From positions 1-63,929 of the forward strand of contig DATDCV010000500.1 of assembly GCA_036524155.1 (NCBI GenBank): 63,929 nt of DNA, read 5' to 3'. Under the pieces are notes generated by a model that was not told the origin of the DNA, searched no databases, and was given only the letters and a program-made list of their open reading frames with translations. The first letter of the stretch is position 1; each line of letters opens with the position of its first letter. Below, in pieces: positions 10,201 to 21,200 of this stretch. This DNA is from Verrucomicrobiia bacterium. GTDB taxonomy: Bacteria; Verrucomicrobiota; Verrucomicrobiia; Limisphaerales; UBA8199. Made by a program: the position numbers and the translations under genes.

Positions 10201-10342
10201 ATATTGTATCAAACGCCAGCGACGACTTCCCCGAACCGCTTAAACCGGTTATCACCACCAGCTTGTCCCGCGGAATGTTCAGCGTGAGATCCTTCAGGTT
10301 GTGCTCACGCGCACCGCCAATCTTGATGAACTCTTTGCTCAC
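7217..10342 (-). CDS. uvrA: Excinuclease ABC subunit A
   Basis: [22 protein letters not shown], two LSGGEAQR signatures, LDEP, CxxC Zn fingers, GPEGGDAGG. Confidence 0.98.
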   Translation of the reverse strand: MSKEFIKIGGAREHNLKDLTLNIPRDKLVVITGLSGSGKSSLAFDTIYAEGQRKYVESLSAYARQFLDQMQKPEVDFIEGLSPAIAIEQRSSGSSPRSIIATTTEIYDYLRLLYAHVGQPYCPETGVPITKQTTSDIVDNILKLPPRTRVMLLAPVVREQKGEFRDVVERLSREGFVRARVDGELVELANGVRVKLDPKQKHTIEAIVDRLVIDEKIRIRLSDSVETALKWGEGVMLTLHQVPDGVGAVHAPPSVVPGPQMGMAGPGPRGRLGEANSGGAVWIETLHSNRNLSPATGKSYEPLTPKHFSFNAPAGACGVCHGLGQKLVFDEGLVVPDPEKSLEQGAILPWRRGGKRMVVYYKAMLRAVAAHFGVSMETPYKDLAEGFQRVLLQGSGDTPISFTFWRAGKMSKIARPFEGVVPNLERLYQESESEFTRNRLKGFMSPRFCDACGGRRLKPEILAVRLGDDELRARFASGDSSEPGALEGAANHKPIDREGEGRSAEKESAVEASATAPVVLPGLSIMEVCALSVDRTDAFFAELKLTEFQEKIAADIIKEIRARLGFLKNVGLGYLTLDRESGTLSGGEAQRIRLATQIGAGLVGVLYILDEPSIGLHQRDNRRLLNTLKGLRDLGNSVIVVEHDAETIQNADYILDLGPGAGVRGGELVAAGSLEDVLANPQSLTAKYLRGELSIPVPRQRVKPGLERGTLQVLGARENNLKNIDVRIPLGTFTCVTGVSGSGKSTLVDDILRRALFRKFFGSKERPGAHRALKGFEDLDKVIVIDQTPIGRTPRSNPATYTGMFNHIRDLFARLPAARIRGYESGRFSFNVRGGRCEKCQGDGLIKIEMHFLPPVYVTCEACGGRRYNRETLEITYKGKNIADVLDMTVDEAATFFRAVSQIYEPLLTLAEVGLGYIGLGQSGTTLSGGEAQRVKLAAELSRKATGRTLYILDEPTTGLHFHDVAKLLEVLFKLRASGNTLLVIEHNLDVIKTADWIIDLGPEGGDAGGQIVAQGPPEAVARCETSYTGQYLRHALGHRD

Positions 10343-10374
10343 TGACCGGAATTCCTGAACCTAAACAATCGGTA

Positions 10375-10402
10375 AGTATAATGAGAGTCCGTTGAGTTGC
10401 AA
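10375..10402 (-). promoter_or_regulatory. Putative sigma70 promoter of uvrA
   Basis: Minus strand TTGCAA-N16-TATACT, 32 nt upstream of the GTG start. Confidence 0.5.
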
Positions 10403-10422
10403 AGCAGAACCCACTGTTAAGT

Positions 10423-10533
10423 GTATCCGTCAGTCTTGGGTCGGAGCGCCGAGTTGCACTCGGCTTACACGCGGCCGTCGGCGCGCTTAAGCCGATTAAA
10501 AATCGGCGCTCCGACCCAAGACTGAGGCGATAC
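10423..10533. mobile_element. MITE family A, copy 1 (cruciform, IS66-like ends)
   Basis: GTATC..TCAGTCTTGGGTCGGAGCGCCGA ... TCGGCGCTCCGACCCAAGACTGAG..GATAC; 8-bp direct repeat TGTTAAGT on both sides. Confidence 0.9.
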
Positions 10534-10636
10534 TGTTAAGTGTCAAGTCCGCCTTTGGCTATCCTCCTTTTTAATGTCTTTCTTTTGGCTTTTGCCGTTA
10601 ACCTCCGCCGATTAAAATTCAGCGGATTTCGCCCCT

Positions 10637-12973
10637 ATGTTTCTCGCGAATCGAATTCTGGGATTCTGTATTCTGCTGTTTCCGCCATGGCTCGCGATTC
10701 CCGCCCAGCCTGTGCCTGCCGAACGCGACTTCCGCGCGGCGGTCGAGTCGGACTGGACGCGGCAGGAGCAACGCTGGGGACGGGAAACACAATCGCCTGA
10801 AGCCATCGGCGCGGCAATAACCCGGGCAGAAATGACTTTAAGCCCCTGGCGGGAGCGCCTCGCGAAATCCGAGTTCAAGCTTCTGCGCGACGAGCTTGGC
10901 GGCCTCCAGGAGAAAGGCGGAGCCGCAGCCTCGCTCACCGCGGATGCGCGCCAGGCGTTGTACCTGCAAGCACGTTGGTTTACTCGCGATCTCCTCATGC
11001 GCGACCCGGACGTCACGGGCCAGCCGGTGCTCTTCATGACCCGCAACCGTTACATCTGCCAGATGCTCCACGAATACATGGGGTATTTCTACGACTACGG
11101 AAACGTCGCGCCCGGAGGCGGAATCTACACGCTGGAAAAACCTGGCGCGTCCGCCAAGACCCGGGACCTGCTCCGGGGTCGTCTGAAGAACGGAAACTTC
11201 ACGACGCTCGCGTTGTCACACGATGCCAAAACCATCTACTTCGCTTTTGCCGAACGGTCCGAAACAAAGCCGGGTTTCACGTCCCCAAAGCGGAAATCTT
11301 TCCATATTTTTAGCATGAAAGCGGACGGGGCCGGCCTTCGGCAACTCACGGACGGCGTGGAGGACGATTTTGATCCCTGCCCGCTGCCGGATGGCGGAAT
11401 AGCGTTCATGTCGACTCGGCGCGGCGGGTTCGCCCGCTGCAACAACCCATGGGAGCCCTGCGCCAGCTACACGCTCCACCGCATGGACGCCGACGGGCAG
11501 AACGTCCGCAGGCTTTCGGCACACGAAACCAGCGAATGGCATCCCTCGGTCATGAACGACGGCCGGCTGGTATATATCCGTTGGGATTATGTAGACCGTT
11601 CGGCCGCCAATTTCCACGGTCTCTGGACCAGCAACCCGGACGGTTCAGCCGTCGCCGGTCTGTTTGGCAATTACACCATGCGCATCAACGCCTGCTACCA
11701 GCCGCGGCCCATTCCCGGCTCGGACAAGCTGCTGTTTCTCGCCGGCGCCCACCATGCGGACGTCGGCGGGTCGCTCGTCATGCTCGACCCCAGGCGTGCC
11801 AGGCTGGATCCCAAATCGGGTGAGGATGTTTTCGAGGCCGTAACTCCCCTGACGCCCGAGGTCTGTTTTCCGGAAGCCGCCGGTTGGCCCAACAGCTACT
11901 TCCACAGTCCATGGCCTTTGTCCGAAGACGCGATGCTCGTCTCTTTCAGCTTCGACCCGCTCCCCGGGATGAGCGGGGCGTCGAAAGAGGACACGCGCAC
12001 GGGCCTGTATTATTTCGACCGCTTCGGGAATCTGGAGCTGCTCTACCGTGCGGACAATATTTCCAGCATGTACCCTCTCCCGCTCAAACAGCGCGCCCGT
12101 CCGCCCATCCGTGCTTCCAACCTCGATGCCGGCCTTGGCGAGGAAGGGGAATTCCTGGTCGCGGACGTGCGACGCAGTTTCTTTCCGATGCCGGCGGACC
12201 GGCCCATCGTTGAACTGCGCGTGTTTCAGCTCTTGCCGAAGGGTGGCATCCACACCGCCAACGATCCCCGGATCGGCCACGCCAACGCTGAAAACGCGCG
12301 CCTCTTGCTCGGTTCTGTGCCGGTGGAACGCGACGGTTCAGCCTACTTCCGCGCGCCGGCAGGCAAGCCTCTTTACTTCCAGGTGGCAGACGCACAAGGT
12401 CGCGCAGTGCAAAGCATGCGCAGTGTGACCTATCTCCAGCCCGGCGAACGCCGCGGGTGTATTGGCTGCCACGAAACACCGAGCACGACCGCTCCGAACC
12501 GGGCGGCTCTCGCCATGCTCCGTGCCCCCTCGAACTTACGGCCCGGACCGGAAGGATCCCATCCGTTCAGTTTTCCACTGCTGGTGCAGCCGCTATTGGA
12601 CCGCCACTGTGTTCGGTGTCACGACGGTCAGCGAGGCGACGGCAAGAGTAACCTGGTGCTGACCTCCGATCCGGCGAAGAACTTCAGCAAGGCCTACCAG
12701 AACCTAAGGCCTTATCTGCGCTGGTACGAATGGGGCGGGGAGAGCATCAGCCAAATCGCCACTCACCCGGGCCAAATCGGCGCGGACGCCAGCCCGCTCA
12801 CCGCCATCCTCGAAGACAAAACCCACCGGGCTGAGGTGAAATGGGCCGATGCCGAACGACGCCGGTTGTACCTGTGGCTGGATGCGAACGTGCCGTTCTA
12901 TGGCACCTACGATAAAGCGGACCAACTCGCGCAGCGCGAAGGTAAGTCGATCAACCCGCCGGAGTTTCAATGA
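10637..12973 (+). CDS. HzsA-related secreted protein (beta-propeller, hydrazine synthase alpha middle-like domain, CxxCH motifs)
   Basis: Signal peptide; DFDPCPLPDGGIAFMSTR, YIRWDYVDR, VERDGSAYFRAPAGKPLYFQ, CIGCHE and CVRCH motifs, WLDAN.PFYG. Confidence 0.8.
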   Translation: MFLANRILGFCILLFPPWLAIPAQPVPAERDFRAAVESDWTRQEQRWGRETQSPEAIGAAITRAEMTLSPWRERLAKSEFKLLRDELGGLQEKGGAAASLTADARQALYLQARWFTRDLLMRDPDVTGQPVLFMTRNRYICQMLHEYMGYFYDYGNVAPGGGIYTLEKPGASAKTRDLLRGRLKNGNFTTLALSHDAKTIYFAFAERSETKPGFTSPKRKSFHIFSMKADGAGLRQLTDGVEDDFDPCPLPDGGIAFMSTRRGGFARCNNPWEPCASYTLHRMDADGQNVRRLSAHETSEWHPSVMNDGRLVYIRWDYVDRSAANFHGLWTSNPDGSAVAGLFGNYTMRINACYQPRPIPGSDKLLFLAGAHHADVGGSLVMLDPRRARLDPKSGEDVFEAVTPLTPEVCFPEAAGWPNSYFHSPWPLSEDAMLVSFSFDPLPGMSGASKEDTRTGLYYFDRFGNLELLYRADNISSMYPLPLKQRARPPIRASNLDAGLGEEGEFLVADVRRSFFPMPADRPIVELRVFQLLPKGGIHTANDPRIGHANAENARLLLGSVPVERDGSAYFRAPAGKPLYFQVADAQGRAVQSMRSVTYLQPGERRGCIGCHETPSTTAPNRAALAMLRAPSNLRPGPEGSHPFSFPLLVQPLLDRHCVRCHDGQRGDGKSNLVLTSDPAKNFSKAYQNLRPYLRWYEWGGESISQIATHPGQIGADASPLTAILEDKTHRAEVKWADAERRRLYLWLDANVPFYGTYDKADQLAQREGKSINPPEFQ

Positions 12974-15255
12974 AGTTGTGCGGGAGCGTGCAAATCGCCG
13001 CCGCTACAAAAATGAGACTACCCTGCGCAACTGAGCGGCAGTGCCGAACGATGCGCCCGGTCTGGACATACTTCGCCGCGACTTTGGCCATTCTTGTGAA
13101 CCTCAGCAGGGCTGGCGCTGGCGCAACCAACGAAGCGACCCCGGCCAAACCAGCCCGACCGCCTCTGATTGTCGCTGTCGAGCGAGGCGACCGGCGCGCA
13201 GTTGAACAACTCCTCAAGGAGAGAGCGGATGTCGAAGCGCAGACGCCTGATGGTGTCACCCCTCTTTACGCCGCGGCTTTCAAGGGCCACGTGGACATCC
13301 TGAAGCTGTTGCTTAAGGCGGGAGCGAAAGTGGATGGACGCGCCGCGCTCGGAAGGACGGCCCTGTTCACCGCGGCGGCCGAGGGCCATGTGGACGCGGT
13401 CGAGACGCTCCTCGATGCTGGAGCGGATCCGAACGCGCGCAGTGCGGTTGGTCAATTGGCTCAGACGCCGCTGCACATGGCTGCATGTGAGGGACAGGCT
13501 GAGACCGCCAAACGCCTTTTGAAACGCGGCGCCAAGGTCAATGCCTGGGACGAGCAACGTCACATCACACCGCTGTACCTCGCCATGATCGCCGGGCACG
13601 AGCCCATGGCGCAGTTGCTGCTCGAGCACGGGGCCAACCCCGCCATAGCCGACATCTTCGGGCAGACGCCCGCGCGGGCCGCCGCCGTGATGGCCGCCGG
13701 GAAGACCCGCCAACTCGAAACCGCCGCGGACCCGCGCCTTGGTTTTGACTCAAGGGCAGTTGTCCTCCTGGCCTATGTGGGCGAATCGCAGGACCGGTGG
13801 AGCTACCGCGGCAACCGAATGGCGGTTGCGTTCGGCGACGGCTCCCTGATTGCGACAGCCGCACACTGCGTCGAGGATTTTGCCGAAGCCCAACGCAAGG
13901 CGATCCTGGCCAAGCCTCTTGTTTTCAGCCCGCACTATGGCGACGTCTTCACAGCCGAAGTCGTCGGCATCGACCCGGCTGCAGACCTCGCAATTCTGCG
14001 GGTGGCTTGGGGTCCGCACCCCGCTTTGCCGTTGGCCGATGACGATGAATTGCAGAAAACGAGGGAACTGTTGGTGGCCGGCTACCCGCCGCCGGAAGAG
14101 ACGGAGGCCATCCGGCGAGCCTCGCGGCAGGTCTCGGCGGAGCGATTGCCCGTTCTGCAAATAGGTGCGTCCAATGGGCCGCACCAGGTCACCCTTGGAG
14201 GAGCGCGATTTATCGGACCAGGTTGGAGCGGTTCGCCGATGATCCTCCCCGGCAGCGGACGCCTGGGCGGCATTTTCTGCCGAAGAGACGATCTGCGAAT
14301 GGACGATTTACTGGTTCTGCGGAATCGCGCTGGGGCCAACGCCCGCGCCATTCGTCAGTTGATGAGCGCTCAGAACATCCCGCTGAGAGAGCCGCCGCCG
14401 GACCTCCAGGCGCAAGCCGATGCGGCCGCGGCGTTTTCGGCGGCCCTGGAATGGCTGGATGCGCAGGCAGGTCGTCCGCCGCGCGAAGCAGTCGCTGCCG
14501 CCGAAGCCCTGGTGCAACGACGGCCGCAGTCAGCGCAAGCCCGGCGGCTCCTGGCCGTCAGCGCCTCGGCTTTGCGAGACCCAAAGGCCGACGAACTTGC
14601 CGACAAACATTTTCGTGAGGCTGTGAAACTCGCTCCCGAAAGTCTCCTGGTTCATGCTTCCTACGGCTGGTTTCTGGATACGCGCGGCCGCCAGGAAGAA
14701 GGGCTGGCTGAGCTGGAAAAGGCTGCTGGCATTGAACCGCAAAATTCGTTCGTTCAAGCCATCCGGCTGAAGATCCTGGCTGAACTAAAACCCACCGAAG
14801 CCGAAATACTGGGGCAACGGCTGGTCGCCGAAGGGCCCGAAAATGCTACCTACTGGTTTCATTACGCCGGTGCCCTGCGCAAACTCGAAAAGCGCGACGA
14901 CGCGCTTCGGGCGGCGCAAGCTGCCGTCCGGCTCGCGCCGAAGGAGCTGGCCTGGTACCGGGGTCGCCTCGCCGACCTATTGGCTCGGTGCGGGCGCCTG
15001 GACGAAGCAGAGTCGTGTCATCGTGAACTGTTGGAGCAACGCCCGGATTCACCCACCTTCTGGTTATGGTATGCGCAGTTCCTCATCGAGAGACGTCAGG
15101 GACGACTCATCGACGCGCGAAAGGCATTGGACAAATGTGAGTCGTTGAACACGTCCGCGGTCGTGCCGCGCAAAGTGCTGGATGAGCTCCGCGTCAAATG
15201 CCAACCCCAACCTCCAGCCACGAACACCCCGGCAGGTTCGCCCGTGCTCCGTTAA
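12970..15255 (+). CDS. Ankyrin-repeat / trypsin-like serine protease / TPR protein
   Basis: About 5 ankyrin repeats (TPLYAAA, TALFTAA, TPLHMAA); TAAHC, DLAILR, GWSGSP triad; C-terminal TPRs; start may be 13051. Confidence 0.8.
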   Translation: MKLCGSVQIAAATKMRLPCATERQCRTMRPVWTYFAATLAILVNLSRAGAGATNEATPAKPARPPLIVAVERGDRRAVEQLLKERADVEAQTPDGVTPLYAAAFKGHVDILKLLLKAGAKVDGRAALGRTALFTAAAEGHVDAVETLLDAGADPNARSAVGQLAQTPLHMAACEGQAETAKRLLKRGAKVNAWDEQRHITPLYLAMIAGHEPMAQLLLEHGANPAIADIFGQTPARAAAVMAAGKTRQLETAADPRLGFDSRAVVLLAYVGESQDRWSYRGNRMAVAFGDGSLIATAAHCVEDFAEAQRKAILAKPLVFSPHYGDVFTAEVVGIDPAADLAILRVAWGPHPALPLADDDELQKTRELLVAGYPPPEETEAIRRASRQVSAERLPVLQIGASNGPHQVTLGGARFIGPGWSGSPMILPGSGRLGGIFCRRDDLRMDDLLVLRNRAGANARAIRQLMSAQNIPLREPPPDLQAQADAAAAFSAALEWLDAQAGRPPREAVAAAEALVQRRPQSAQARRLLAVSASALRDPKADELADKHFREAVKLAPESLLVHASYGWFLDTRGRQEEGLAELEKAAGIEPQNSFVQAIRLKILAELKPTEAEILGQRLVAEGPENATYWFHYAGALRKLEKRDDALRAAQAAVRLAPKELAWYRGRLADLLARCGRLDEAESCHRELLEQRPDSPTFWLWYAQFLIERRQGRLIDARKALDKCESLNTSAVVPRKVLDELRVKCQPQPPATNTPAGSPVLR

Positions 15256-15326
15256 GAACAGCCGTTATTGCTTGAGCCATTTGGAGCAAGCACCGCCTTT
15301 CCACGCTGAAAGTCGAGGGCGGGGGG

Positions 15327-16667
15327 TTGTCCCATTCCAGGGAAACCCCTGGTACCTGTTCCGGAATCGGCCCGGTTGTCACGGGGTCTGGGGTGCTCAA
15401 GAGTAGCGACGTGATTCGGAAGCACTCTGGTCCAGACACTCACAGGCGATCAAACGGCCTCACCCAACACTCTCCGGCCTGCCTGCGCGATGTTCCAGCA
15501 TGGGCATGCCCACGGCTATTTTGTTCATGGTTCAGGACCAGTCTTAGGCGATTCCCCGGCGGCAGGCTGTCTGTTTTGCTGGTGGCCTTGGTCCTGACGC
15601 CCTCGTCAAGCTGGGCCGGACAGCGAGTGGTTGCCTGGGGAGACATTGCTTATGATCTGCCCGCAGATTCAAGCATGTCGCAGATCTCCTCGGGTTTTTA
15701 CCACAGTCTGGCTTTGACGGGCGACGGCGCCGTTTTGTCCTGGGGCGATAATCGCTTTAACCAGACAAACATTCCCGAGATTCTAAAAGGCAAGTTGGTG
15801 GCGGCCGTTGCCGCGGGCAATGTTCATAACCTCGCTCTGTTGCCTGATGGCCAGGTCACCGCCTGGGGACCTGCACCGGGACAAATGGGGGATTACGGCC
15901 AAGCCGAGGTCCCGGCCAGCCTGGGCATAGTGACCAGCATCGCCGCCGGAGCCGTCCACAATCTCGCGCTAAGGCCGGATGGCACTGTGGTCGCCTGGGG
16001 CGCAAACCTGAATGGCCAGTGTGACGTCCCCGCGGGCCTGAATTCGGTGAGCGCGATCGCCGGCGGCATGTATCACAGCCTGGCCTTGCGAACCGACGGA
16101 ACGGTGGTCGCCTGGGGTGATAACGCCCATGGCCAAACCGCCGTCCCGCCGGGATTGAACCGTGTGGTAGCAATCGCAGCCGGCGGTTACCACAACCTCG
16201 TTTTGACCGCGGATGGCTCGGTCGTGTCCTGGGGCGCGTATGGACTGGCGCAATGTGACGTTCCCGCCGGTCTCTCTAACGTCGTGGCCATCGCTACGGG
16301 GGACCTCCACAGTCTGGCCTTGAAAAGGGATGGCTCGCTGGTTGTGTGGGGCTTCAATACCGCCGGCCAATGCTCAGTCCCGCAGGGTCTCACGAATGTC
16401 GCAGCGATTGCCGCCCGTGGAAAACACAGCGTCGTCCTGGTGAATGCGGCTTCGGAAAATGGTGGGGATCTGAAGATCGAGGCTGCGAGTGGCACTGTCA
16501 CTCTCTCCTGGCCGGTCTCGCCGACGTCCGCAATCCTGGAACAGAACCCCACCCTTGACCCCGCGAAGTGGACCGCCGTCACAAGCTCAAGCAAAGTGAT
16601 CGGCACGCGAAATACAGTAGTGTTACCTGCGTCCGGCAATATGTTCTTCCGCCTAGTCCGGCCATGA
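15327..16667 (+). CDS. RCC1-repeat secreted protein with C-terminal FFRL domain
   Basis: Repeats of AIAAG..HSLAL..DGTVVAWG.N..GQ..VP; true start probably downstream (e.g. GTG 15411). Confidence 0.85.
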   Translation: MSHSRETPGTCSGIGPVVTGSGVLKSSDVIRKHSGPDTHRRSNGLTQHSPACLRDVPAWACPRLFCSWFRTSLRRFPGGRLSVLLVALVLTPSSSWAGQRVVAWGDIAYDLPADSSMSQISSGFYHSLALTGDGAVLSWGDNRFNQTNIPEILKGKLVAAVAAGNVHNLALLPDGQVTAWGPAPGQMGDYGQAEVPASLGIVTSIAAGAVHNLALRPDGTVVAWGANLNGQCDVPAGLNSVSAIAGGMYHSLALRTDGTVVAWGDNAHGQTAVPPGLNRVVAIAAGGYHNLVLTADGSVVSWGAYGLAQCDVPAGLSNVVAIATGDLHSLALKRDGSLVVWGFNTAGQCSVPQGLTNVAAIAARGKHSVVLVNAASENGGDLKIEAASGTVTLSWPVSPTSAILEQNPTLDPAKWTAVTSSSKVIGTRNTVVLPASGNMFFRLVRP

Positions 16668-16756
16668 CTCCCACGTGCTTCGCCCTGTTGTTTCTGGAGG
16701 CACCTTGAAACCTGCCGCCTCCATCTTGTGACCCTCCTGCCTCAAGCAGCTCAAGT

Positions 16757-16804
16757 CTTCAACACTTTACCGCTTCAACGTTTCAACGTTTCAACGCTTC
16801 AACG
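16757..16804. repeat. Octamer tandem repeat (YTTCAACG)x4-6
   Basis: CTTCAACG TTTCAACG TTTCAACG CTTCAACG plus two degenerate units between convergent genes. Confidence 0.8.
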
Positions 16805-16809
16805 TCCTC

Positions 16810-18135
16810 CTACCTCACGCGCACGGCCTGGCGAGCGGGCAATGGATCGCTCGTCTGAACCACTGGGTTCTCGCCCGGCTGCCGTCGATCCTCCGTAACA
16901 ACCTGGATCGCTTTCCGCAACTGGCGATCAGTGCTTTGCTCGAGTTGTCGTGGCGTCATTGATTTCACCGCTGCAGGAAAAAGCGCCTCCTCATCCCCCG
17001 AGAGAGGCAACGGAAGGTCGGGCACGATTCCTTTGTGCCAAAACGAACGCCCTGAAGGAGTCAGCCACTCTTGAACTGCCAGCAGCAAGGCCGAGCCGTC
17101 CGAAAGCCGAAACTCCTCCAGCACCGTGCCCGTGCCGAAGGTCGTTTGCCCCACCAACCGCGCGCGATGACCGTCCTGTAACGCGCCGGCGACAATTTCT
17201 GCCGCGCTCGCCGAGCCTTCATTAACCAGCAAAACCAGCGGCATGCTGGTAGCCATCCCCCCCTTCTCAACCCCCACCGCCTCCACCTTCCCCCGCGTGT
17301 CCCTCGTCAACAGCACGTCGCCAAACTCCAGGAACTGGCTGGCGACGCTGATCGCCTCGTCCAGCAGGCCACCAGGATTGTTGCGCAAGTCCAATATGAT
17401 CGCACCAAGCCCCGCGTCACGAATCTCACCCAGCGCGCGGCGCAAGTCTCGCGTCACCCCCGCGTCAAAGGTCGCCAGCCGCAGATGCGCGATGTCCGTC
17501 CCCGGGACCCTGGCCCAGGTAACCTCGTGCAGCTTGATCGACGCACGCACCAGCGTCAGTTGTCGCTCGCGACCCGTGCGCGGCTCAAGCAAAGTCAGCG
17601 TCACTTTCGTTCCCGGCCGGCCCGCTATCTCCTGCACCACCCGGTTCAGCGGCCAGTCGGCGACATCCCGCCCCCCTACTCTCAGAATCACATCCCCGGG
17701 GTGCACCCCTGCTTTTTCCGCAGGCGACCCGTCCATCGGCGACACTACGACCACCTGTCCGTTCCTTGACTGTATCTCGATGCCGACCCCTTTGAACTCC
17801 CCCCGTTCCATCTTGCCCAGTTCTTTGACCATCTCAGGCGTCAAAAACGAGCTGTGGCCAGTGTCTCCAAGGGCGTCCACCATGCCCCCGATCGCTCCGT
17901 AGGTCAGCTCGGTTGAATCGACGGCGGAACGGTCCACATAATTCTTCGAAATCTCGCTCCAGGCTTGCGCCACCAGGTTCAAGTTCGGCTCTTTCCGGCC
18001 CGAGGCGCACCCGCTCCCCGCGAGCCATCCAACCCCAAACCCGCTGACCAAAACCACTACGCAGAGCCGGCCCAGGCGCTTCCGCCTCTGGGCAAGCCGT
18101 TCGGGCTCTTTTCTTTGCACTGCCATAACTGCCAT
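16810..18135 (-). CDS. S41A carboxyl-terminal processing protease family protein (PDZ)
   Basis: GVGIEI, GSPAEKAG PDZ; ILDLRNNPGGLL; SASAAEIVAGALQD; W.TPSG; GIVPD. Confidence 0.9.
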   Translation of the reverse strand: MAVMAVQRKEPERLAQRRKRLGRLCVVVLVSGFGVGWLAGSGCASGRKEPNLNLVAQAWSEISKNYVDRSAVDSTELTYGAIGGMVDALGDTGHSSFLTPEMVKELGKMERGEFKGVGIEIQSRNGQVVVVSPMDGSPAEKAGVHPGDVILRVGGRDVADWPLNRVVQEIAGRPGTKVTLTLLEPRTGRERQLTLVRASIKLHEVTWARVPGTDIAHLRLATFDAGVTRDLRRALGEIRDAGLGAIILDLRNNPGGLLDEAISVASQFLEFGDVLLTRDTRGKVEAVGVEKGGMATSMPLVLLVNEGSASAAEIVAGALQDGHRARLVGQTTFGTGTVLEEFRLSDGSALLLAVQEWLTPSGRSFWHKGIVPDLPLPLSGDEEALFPAAVKSMTPRQLEQSTDRQLRKAIQVVTEDRRQPGENPVVQTSDPLPARQAVRVR

Positions 18136-18284
18136 TGCATTCTAGCACTGTTGCCATTTTTCGCACGCACGCTCTTAAGGGTTTCCCACCTGATTTTGGA
18201 TGACGATTTCGCTTGCGTCGAACTGCCGCTGGTTCTTTAGTAGCGCCACGCGTGAGCGTCACAGTCACTTCTCGCGCGCTGGAT

Positions 18285-21200
18285 ATGTCTACTCAAATGT
18301 TCACGCTTCAAAACTCAAAGACTCGCTCCTGTCATCCCGCCTGCCTCCGCTTCCCAGGCACACTGGTCCCGGCACTGGCATTTGGCCTGGCCCTTTCGAC
18401 CTTCGTTGCCAGCGGGGCGTATACGCCCGCAGCGCACAAGCTTCAGGTCAACGACCCTGCGGTCGGCGCACAGCTAACCGCCACGGGGGCGCGTTTAATC
18501 GCCGATTACGGCAGCTATGCGTTGTACGAAAGCGCCACACCGACGACCGCAGCCGCCGGCCTGGCAGGCGTCGAAGCCCGGGATGAATACAATCTGGTTC
18601 TGTTAAACGCCGCCAGGTTGGACACCAGCAAACCGGAGACACAAGCCCTTCGCAAAACCGTCGGAGCTTTCGCCGGCAAACGCACCCACCTGGTCCAGTT
18701 TGCCGGGCCGGTCCAGCCGGCCTGGCGCAACGCGCTGCTCGACACCGGCGTGCGGATTGTCAGTTACATCCCGCGCAATACCTACCTGGTTTACGGCGAT
18801 GCCTCATCCCTTGCCGCGCTCCAGGCCCTTGCTGGCAGGATGCCACTGATCCAATGGGACGCTCCGTTTGCTCCGGACTACAAAGTTGATCCCGCCGCCA
18901 GGCTGGTCGACGCCGCCGGACAGCCCCGCGACATCGGCACCAGCCAGTTCGCCATCCAGCTTGTGGCCGATCCTGCTGCCAACCCCGCCACACTTCGGTT
19001 GGTGGACCAGCTCAAGCTGCGCCCCCTCAAGAGACAGGAACTGGTGCTGAACTATGTCAACCTCGTCGTCGCCCTCGCCCCGGAAGGCCTGCCCCTCCTC
19101 GCCCTCCAGCCGGACGTCGTGTCGATCCAACCCTATTTTGACTACCAGCGATACTGCGAGCGCCAGGCCCAGATTATCGCCGGCAACCTGGCAGGCAATG
19201 TTCCCATCGGTCCAGGCTATCTGGCCTGGCTCCAAAGCAAGGGTTTCACCCAGGCCCAGTTCACCTCCTCGGGCTTCGTAGTGGACATCACCGACACCGG
19301 CCTCGACAACGGAACGACCGACCCAAATCATCCGGGCCTCCACATGCAGGGCAACGCGACCGGCACCAGCCGGGTCGCCTATAATCGCATCGAAGGCTTG
19401 GGGAACTTTGCGCGTAATGACTGCATCGGCCATGGCACTTTGAACGGCCACATCATCGGCGGCTATGACGATACCCTCGGTTTTCCATTCTCGGATGACC
19501 AGGGCTATCACCCCGGGCTGGGTGTGTGCCCATTCGTGAGAATCGGCGCGTCGATGGTGTTCGATCCTGACGGCTGGTTCACTGACCCCAACTTTGCCAA
19601 CCTCCAATCCCGCGCCTACCGCGACGGCGCGCGCGTCAGCAACAATAGCTGGGGCTCGTCGGTCCCAGGCACTTACACGGTCGATTCGCAGCAATATGAT
19701 GCGCTGGTTCGTGATGCCCAGCCCACCGGGTCCGCGGTGCCCGCCGCCGGCAACCAGGGAATGGTGATCGTGTTTGCCGCCGGCAACAACGGCGATTTTG
19801 GCGCCAGGACCGTCGGCGCGCCGGCCAGCGCCAAAAACGTCATCACTGTCGGCGCCTCAGAAAACGTTCAATTCATTGGCGACATTGACGGTTGCGGCAC
19901 TCTCGATGCCGAGGCGGACAGCGCCAATGATATTTGGGGGTCCTCGAGCCGCGGCCCCTGCGCCGACGGACGGCACAAGCCCGACCTGGTCGCTCCCGGC
20001 ACTCGCGTCAGCGGCGGCGTGCCCCAGGCCCAGGACCCCGCCCCCACCGGAACCGCCGACCCGTGCTTCGTCCTCAACGGCATGGGCGTCTGCGGCAGCA
20101 TTCAAGACCTGCTCTTTTATCCCACCAACCAGGAGTTCTTCACCATCGGCACCGGCACCAGCTTCGCCTCCCCGGCCGTCGCCGGTGGCGCCGCCCTTGT
20201 GCGCCAGTTCTTCATCAACCGCTTCGGCGGCCCCCCCAGCGCCGCCATGACCAAAGCCTACTTGCTCAACTCCGCGCGTCACCTCAAGGGTCAGGGCGCC
20301 AACGACTCCCTCTGGTCCAACGCCCAGGGCATGGGGGAAATGAACCTCGGTTTCGCTTTCGACAGCGCCCGCCGGATCCTGCGCGACCAACTGGCGGCCG
20401 ACACCTTCACCGCCAGCGGCCAAACCCGCACTTTCACCGGTACCATTAACGACTCGAGCCTCCCCTTCCGTGTCACCCTCGCCTGGTCCGACGCCCCGGG
20501 CTCGACCACCGGCGCCGCCTACAACAACGACCTCGACCTCGTTGTGACTCTCGGCAACTTCAGCTACAAGGGCAACGTCTTCAGCGGCTCCACCTCCACC
20601 ACTGGCGGCTCCGCCGACTCCAGGAATAACGTCGAAAGCGTCTTCCTGCCCCCGGGCTACTCTGGTCCCTTCACCATCACCATCACCGCCGCGGACATCA
20701 ACTCCGATGGCGTGCCTAACAACGCCGAGCCGCTGGACCAGGATTTTGCGCTCGTCGTCTACAACGCCAAACCATCCGGGCCACTCATTAACGGGATTCA
20801 GCCTCCCGACCAGACCGTCGTAGCGGGACAGTTTGCCGCCTTTACCGTCAACGCCACCAGCTCGGAAGTCATGCGCTACCAATGGCGCAAGGACGGCACC
20901 AACATCGCCAACGCCATCACCAATTCCTACTCCATCCTGTCCGCCGAGCTCACCAATGCCGGCGGCTACTCGGTTGTGGTCTCCGACATCAACGGCGCCT
21001 CCACCAGCGCCGTGGCCCGCCTCACGGTCATTCCCAGCGTGCCCCTTCCTTTCGCGATCAACAACAGCAACTTCGTTTGGCTCCTCGACACCAACTTGCC
21101 CTGGTACGGTCAGACCAATTTCTCCCATGATCGCGTCGCTTCCGGGCGCAGCTTCTTCGTCACGGGCGCGCAGCGCACCTACCTGCAAGCCACGAATAAC

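Noticed and set aside
10343..10420. LexA box upstream of uvrA
   Set aside because: No convincing TGTTC-N4-GAACA, CTGT-N8-ACAG or GAAC-N4-GTTC match found by eye.
10637..12973. Anammox hydrazine synthase
   Set aside because: No hzsB/hzsC neighbours; matches the widespread HzsA-related family of non-anammox PVC bacteria.
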